NCBI GenBank assembly: GCA_002389045.1
Contig: DGNS01000009.1
Span: 381,975-445,974, forward strand
Direction: 5' to 3'
DNA: 64,000 nt
DNA from: Thiotrichaceae bacterium UBA4486
GTDB lineage: Bacteria; Pseudomonadota; Gammaproteobacteria; Eutrophobiales; Eutrophobiaceae
A program made the position numbers and the translations under genes. Of this stretch, positions 60,419 through 64,000 are shown piece by piece. Position 1 is the stretch's first letter. Each line of letters starts with the position of its first letter. The notes below the pieces were generated by a model. The model searched no databases, was not told the DNA's origin, and was given only the letters and a program-made list of their open reading frames with translations.

Positions 60419-62553
60419 AAGCTCAAATCAATAAACTCAAGCTGATCGGCAAGAGTACGGAAAACGGTAAACCGCAGAAAACATCCGCTGACAGGGATAG
60501 CGATATTGTCGCACTCATTAATGGATTGAGTCAGACTGTCTTCGAGATTAACAGTTCAGGAGAACTGGTTTATATCAATACTGAATGGGAAAAACTGTGC
60601 GGCTTTTCCATTGGTGAATCGCTGGGTTCGGACTATATACAATATGTTCATCCATATGACAGGGAACAGTGTGCACAATTTTTCAATAATATATTGAATA
60701 ATAACAAGGATTCGTCCTCAGTCAGGCTGCGGATGTTGACCAAAACCGATGATCTTTGCTGGGTAAACCTGCGTGCAAACAGTTTTGTTAACTATAATGA
60801 CAATAATCTGTATATTGTTGGTGTTCTCTCCAATATAACAGACCGGGTTCGCGAATACGGTTTACATCAGGCCAATTTCCGCACCCTCTATGAACTCATA
60901 AATAACCTGTGTGGACTTGTCTACCGCGGCCGTAATGACCGTGAATGGACAATGGAATTTGTAAGTGATGGATGTCTGGAGTTAACCGGTTATAAACCCA
61001 AGGATCTGGAAAACAAGACTGTAACCTTTGGCAGCCTGATTAACCCTAATGACCAGGATCTTGTCTGGAATAATGTACAGTCAGCACTGGCTGAAAAACG
61101 TTATTATGATATCAATTATCGCATCAGAACCAGTACTGGTACCGAAAAATGGGTATGGGAGAGAGGTAAAGGCAATTTCTCAACTACCGGTGAGTTGTTA
61201 AGTATCGAAGGACTGATAGTAGATATTACAGATTATAAAAGAAACAAAATTGAAAAAAACGAAAGTCATCTTTACAAGACAATATCACGGCTCCCGCAAA
61301 AAATACTTTTCATAGACCGGCTGGACCTCGCGGTAAACAAAACAAAAACCATAAAAAGTTATAAATTCGCGTTTATGATACTGAGCCTCGATAAATACAG
61401 CAAGTTACAGGAAAGGTATCCTGCAGACAGGATAGACAAACTGAATATTGCTGTCAGCAGTATTTTCAAACAGGCCATAAATCCCTATGATTCACTATGT
61501 ATGTACGATACCGGGGAATTCGCTTTCCTGCTCGAACATGTTGAGTCCATAAATGATGTTACATCAATCATCAAGACTATCCAGAAAAACATGCTTGAAC
61601 CGGTGGTTATCAATAACATACAGACTTATCTTACGTTCAGCATCGGCGTAACGTTGATAGACGAGCCGGCGATTGAGAGAAAAAACGTTATCGAACAGGC
61701 CTATTCAGCACTGAGCCATGCAAAATCCCTGGGAGGATCACGTTATGAAATATTTAACGAAGAACTCAACGCCAAAATGTTTGCTCTCGACAGAATGGAA
61801 AATGAGGTGCTGTACGCCCTGGATAATGATGAATTTCTGGGTTGTTACCAACCGGTAATAGCCATAAAGGATGCAACCGTTATTGGTATGGAAACTCAAC
61901 TGTACTGGAAACATCCACGAAGAGGCAAGATACCTGCATCTGCATTCTCTCCGATTGAAACAAATATCGAACTGATAACATCATTGAATAAATGGATATT
62001 GTCCCGCACTCTCAAACAAATTGATACCTGGTCAAAAGATGAGGATTTTAACAGGCAACTGCAAATTATCGTTCATCTTTGTGGTCACCGGATTTTTTCT
62101 CCGGAACTCGTAAGTTATATGAAAGACATACTGGAGAAGGCAACTCTGGATAAATTCAGGTTAATGATCAGGTTCGATGCGTCTTTTGTCCCGTTACTGG
62201 AAGCGGACGATATTGCCTCCATAGGTAAACTGAAGGAACAGGGACTTGAGCTTGTTATAGCGATGGATAACAGTGGAATTATTCCGGGCAGTGATTTGTT
62301 TTCAATCGCCGCGGATACTGTAGTTCTTGAAAAACCTGCCGATACCGAAAGCTTGCTTCATACAAAGGCCAGAATTGATTTTATCCATGCTCTGAACAAG
62401 AAAGTTATTCTGAATGATATCAATACGAAAGATGAACTGGATCTTGTACAAAAACTCGAGTTTGATTATATAAAGGGAAAAGCCGTCGTACCCCCTCTTA
62501 ATCGGGACGATATAGCCGAGTATTTACTCCGGAACAGACCGGAAACTGCATAA
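60415..62553 (+). CDS. PAS-domain protein with degenerate GGDEF and degenerate EAL domains (probably non-catalytic c-di-GMP-related sensor/adaptor)
   Basis: Two PAS units. GGDEF site reads YDTGEFAFLL. EAL site reads METQLYW and lacks DDFGTG and EGVE-type catalytic residues. Start overlaps the regulator stop. Confidence 0.75.
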   Translation: MKAQINKLKLIGKSTENGKPQKTSADRDSDIVALINGLSQTVFEINSSGELVYINTEWEKLCGFSIGESLGSDYIQYVHPYDREQCAQFFNNILNNNKDSSSVRLRMLTKTDDLCWVNLRANSFVNYNDNNLYIVGVLSNITDRVREYGLHQANFRTLYELINNLCGLVYRGRNDREWTMEFVSDGCLELTGYKPKDLENKTVTFGSLINPNDQDLVWNNVQSALAEKRYYDINYRIRTSTGTEKWVWERGKGNFSTTGELLSIEGLIVDITDYKRNKIEKNESHLYKTISRLPQKILFIDRLDLAVNKTKTIKSYKFAFMILSLDKYSKLQERYPADRIDKLNIAVSSIFKQAINPYDSLCMYDTGEFAFLLEHVESINDVTSIIKTIQKNMLEPVVINNIQTYLTFSIGVTLIDEPAIERKNVIEQAYSALSHAKSLGGSRYEIFNEELNAKMFALDRMENEVLYALDNDEFLGCYQPVIAIKDATVIGMETQLYWKHPRRGKIPASAFSPIETNIELITSLNKWILSRTLKQIDTWSKDEDFNRQLQIIVHLCGHRIFSPELVSYMKDILEKATLDKFRLMIRFDASFVPLLEADDIASIGKLKEQGLELVIAMDNSGIIPGSDLFSIAADTVVLEKPADTESLLHTKARIDFIHALNKKVILNDINTKDELDLVQKLEFDYIKGKAVVPPLNRDDIAEYLLRNRPETA

Positions 62554-62685
62554 CACATTCCGCGCTTTCCGGCGTTCGCTAATCTGCAATATCGGCTTCA
62601 AAACCATAAAGATATCCGGAAGCCTGCCGGTTCAACGGCTTCTTGAAGATAACAGAATTATATTACATCCGGGACAACGGTGGAT

Positions 62686-63300
62686 TCAGATCCGGTCGGC
62701 AACCTGATAGCCGTATTCTGCTGCAGCATGTATGATTACTTCGTAAAAGCTCTGTCCGAAGGACCGGGCGACATAGATATCGAACGTTTCCTCATCAAGG
62801 CAGTGGATCAGGGCATTCATGTGAAACAGGCTGGTGGTTCGTGCATCTCCCGGAGCAAAGTGACCGGGGTCCATATCCAGAGTTGTTCCCTTGCGTAACA
62901 CATTGCGGGACTGTGGTCCGGACAACCGGAGTACACAACGACTATGACTCTGATCGGTAATGGCCGCCATATCGGCTGTCACATCAGCCCCGATAACAGC
63001 ATGCAAATCACGCGTTTCCTTTTCCACGATCAACCATCTCGCAGGACCCAGCCAGATAGCGCTGATATCTTCTGATGATATGGCACTACAAGGTTCTGCT
63101 GACGGCTTTATTCCCGCGGCCACTTCTATTGTCGCAATGACAGCATCAGTCTGATCTTTCCAGGCTGCGACCTGGATTATGCTCAGGGCATGACGTTCAC
63201 AGATACTGACTCCCGCTTTACCTTTTACAAGGTCGCCGAATTCTCCGGTCCGGTATATTTCAAACAGCGCTGAACGCCGCTTAACTGCTGGATCAGCCAT
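62686..63300 (-). CDS. soxG: sarcosine oxidase gamma subunit family protein (SoxG/MgdD-like)
   Basis: about 200 aa following the soxA-like gene with a few-nt gap; probable start is the internal ATG (MADPAVKRRSALFE) rather than the TTG of the longer ORF-track call. Confidence 0.6.
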   Translation of the reverse strand: MADPAVKRRSALFEIYRTGEFGDLVKGKAGVSICERHALSIIQVAAWKDQTDAVIATIEVAAGIKPSAEPCSAISSEDISAIWLGPARWLIVEKETRDLHAVIGADVTADMAAITDQSHSRCVLRLSGPQSRNVLRKGTTLDMDPGHFAPGDARTTSLFHMNALIHCLDEETFDIYVARSFGQSFYEVIIHAAAEYGYQVADRI

Positions 63301-64000
63301 GTAAACGCTCTCCTTCCGGGTCAACAAATACCGGTGATACAACCTTCATCGGTACAATTATGTTTCTCAACGGGTAACTCATATATACCACCCTGTCCTT
63401 CCATGCATCCAGTCCTCCCCTTATCAAGCCCAGTCCAATCGGGTGATCATGCTCCACACAATAACCCGTTGATGTGACATGACCAATCATCTCGACCGGC
63501 GGTGCAGCATTTTCATTTACTACAATCTGCGCACCTGCCTTCAGGGGAGTTTTGCCGTCTGCGGGAACAAAACCGACAAATTTCTTGCGATTTTCTCCAG
63601 TCATTGAATCCCGGTACGCCAGTCGTTTTCCGACAAATTCCTTTTTCTTTGACATCATCATGCCCAGACCGAGATCATCGGCAGTAGTACGGCCATCCAG
63701 TTCCGGACCTGCTACATGACCTTTTTCGATACGCATGTTACCCAGTGTTTCCGTTCCATAAGGTACAATGTCGAACTCCCGGCCGGCCTCATATATTTTT
63801 TCACAGACATACCGCGCGTAATCACATGGCACGTTGATCTCAAACGCCAGTTCCCCGGAGAAAGAAATCCTGAATAACCGGCAGCCGGGGATCCCTGCAG
63901 CCACGCATCCGGATGCGCCCATAAACGGAAAAGCCTCATTGGAGACATCAATGTCGACAATTTTTTGTATCACCTTACGCGAATTGGGCCCGGCCACGGC
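63293..64000 (-). CDS. soxA: sarcosine oxidase alpha subunit family protein (SoxA/MgdC-like), C-terminal GcvT-like part only; continues beyond window
   Basis: C-terminus ...IGHVTSTGYCVEHDHPIGLGLIRGG...VVSPVFVDPEGERLHG typical of SoxA aminomethyltransferase-like domain; the ORF is open at the window edge. Confidence 0.65.
   Translation of the reverse strand, partial: AVAGPNSRKVIQKIVDIDVSNEAFPFMGASGCVAAGIPGCRLFRISFSGELAFEINVPCDYARYVCEKIYEAGREFDIVPYGTETLGNMRIEKGHVAGPELDGRTTADDLGLGMMMSKKKEFVGKRLAYRDSMTGENRKKFVGFVPADGKTPLKAGAQIVVNENAAPPVEMIGHVTSTGYCVEHDHPIGLGLIRGGLDAWKDRVVYMSYPLRNIIVPMKVVSPVFVDPEGERLHG

Noticed and set aside
62680-62898. 72-aa + strand ORF overlapping soxG
   Set aside because: Antisense to a gene with SoxG-family similarity and operon context.

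Overview
This 64 kb window looks like a chromosomal segment of a Gram-negative, probably gammaproteobacterial, genome. Genes are densely packed and there are no transposases, integrases, CRISPR arrays or tRNAs.

The first ~37 kb is a mix of housekeeping, envelope and signalling genes:
- An ABC transporter with two FtsX-type permeases.
- A bphO-bphP pair in which the bacteriophytochrome carries a GGDEF output.
- A PEP-CTERM protein flanked by two disrupted OlsB-like acyltransferase genes, next to a GT4/LpxH-like pair.
- A Ser/Thr kinase, a Zn-dependent alcohol dehydrogenase, bcp and greB.
- A LemA/DUF2207 pair, a peroxiredoxin-glutaredoxin hybrid, a Sel1-repeat protein, and an LMW-PTP/fructosamine-kinase pair.
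- A 1776-aa multi-PAS/GAF/GGDEF/EAL protein followed by a small MshEN-like ORF.

The last ~26 kb (about 37.8-64 kb) reads as a methylated-amine catabolic island:
- A trimethylamine/dimethylamine dehydrogenase (TMADH-family) gene with its own terminator.
- An operon encoding a membrane Fe-S oxidoreductase (NarI-like domain plus HdrD/GlpC-like domains), an LRV-repeat protein and ETF beta and alpha.
- The folE2-HAD pair, a Urt/Fmd-like ABC transporter with a Tat-signal binding protein, a GcvT-family aminomethyltransferase and ribB(A).
- A FixL/FixJ-like O2-sensing two-component system, a TorF-family porin, and a second two-component system fused in an operon with a degenerate PAS-GGDEF-EAL protein.
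- The soxA-soxG end of a heterotetrameric sarcosine-oxidase/N-methylglutamate-dehydrogenase-type operon.

The observations most worth a second look:
- A ~110-nt sequence present twice (about 86% identical) at 22.4 kb and 35.3 kb.
- A stand-alone MshEN-motif small protein downstream of the giant EAL protein.
- A 133-aa 'mini-MCP' carrying only the chemoreceptor hairpin tip.
- The complete TMADH -> ETF -> membrane Fe-S oxidoreductase electron path, with an embedded LRV protein and cofactor-supply genes.
- Two independently disrupted OlsB-like genes bracketing the PEP-CTERM gene.
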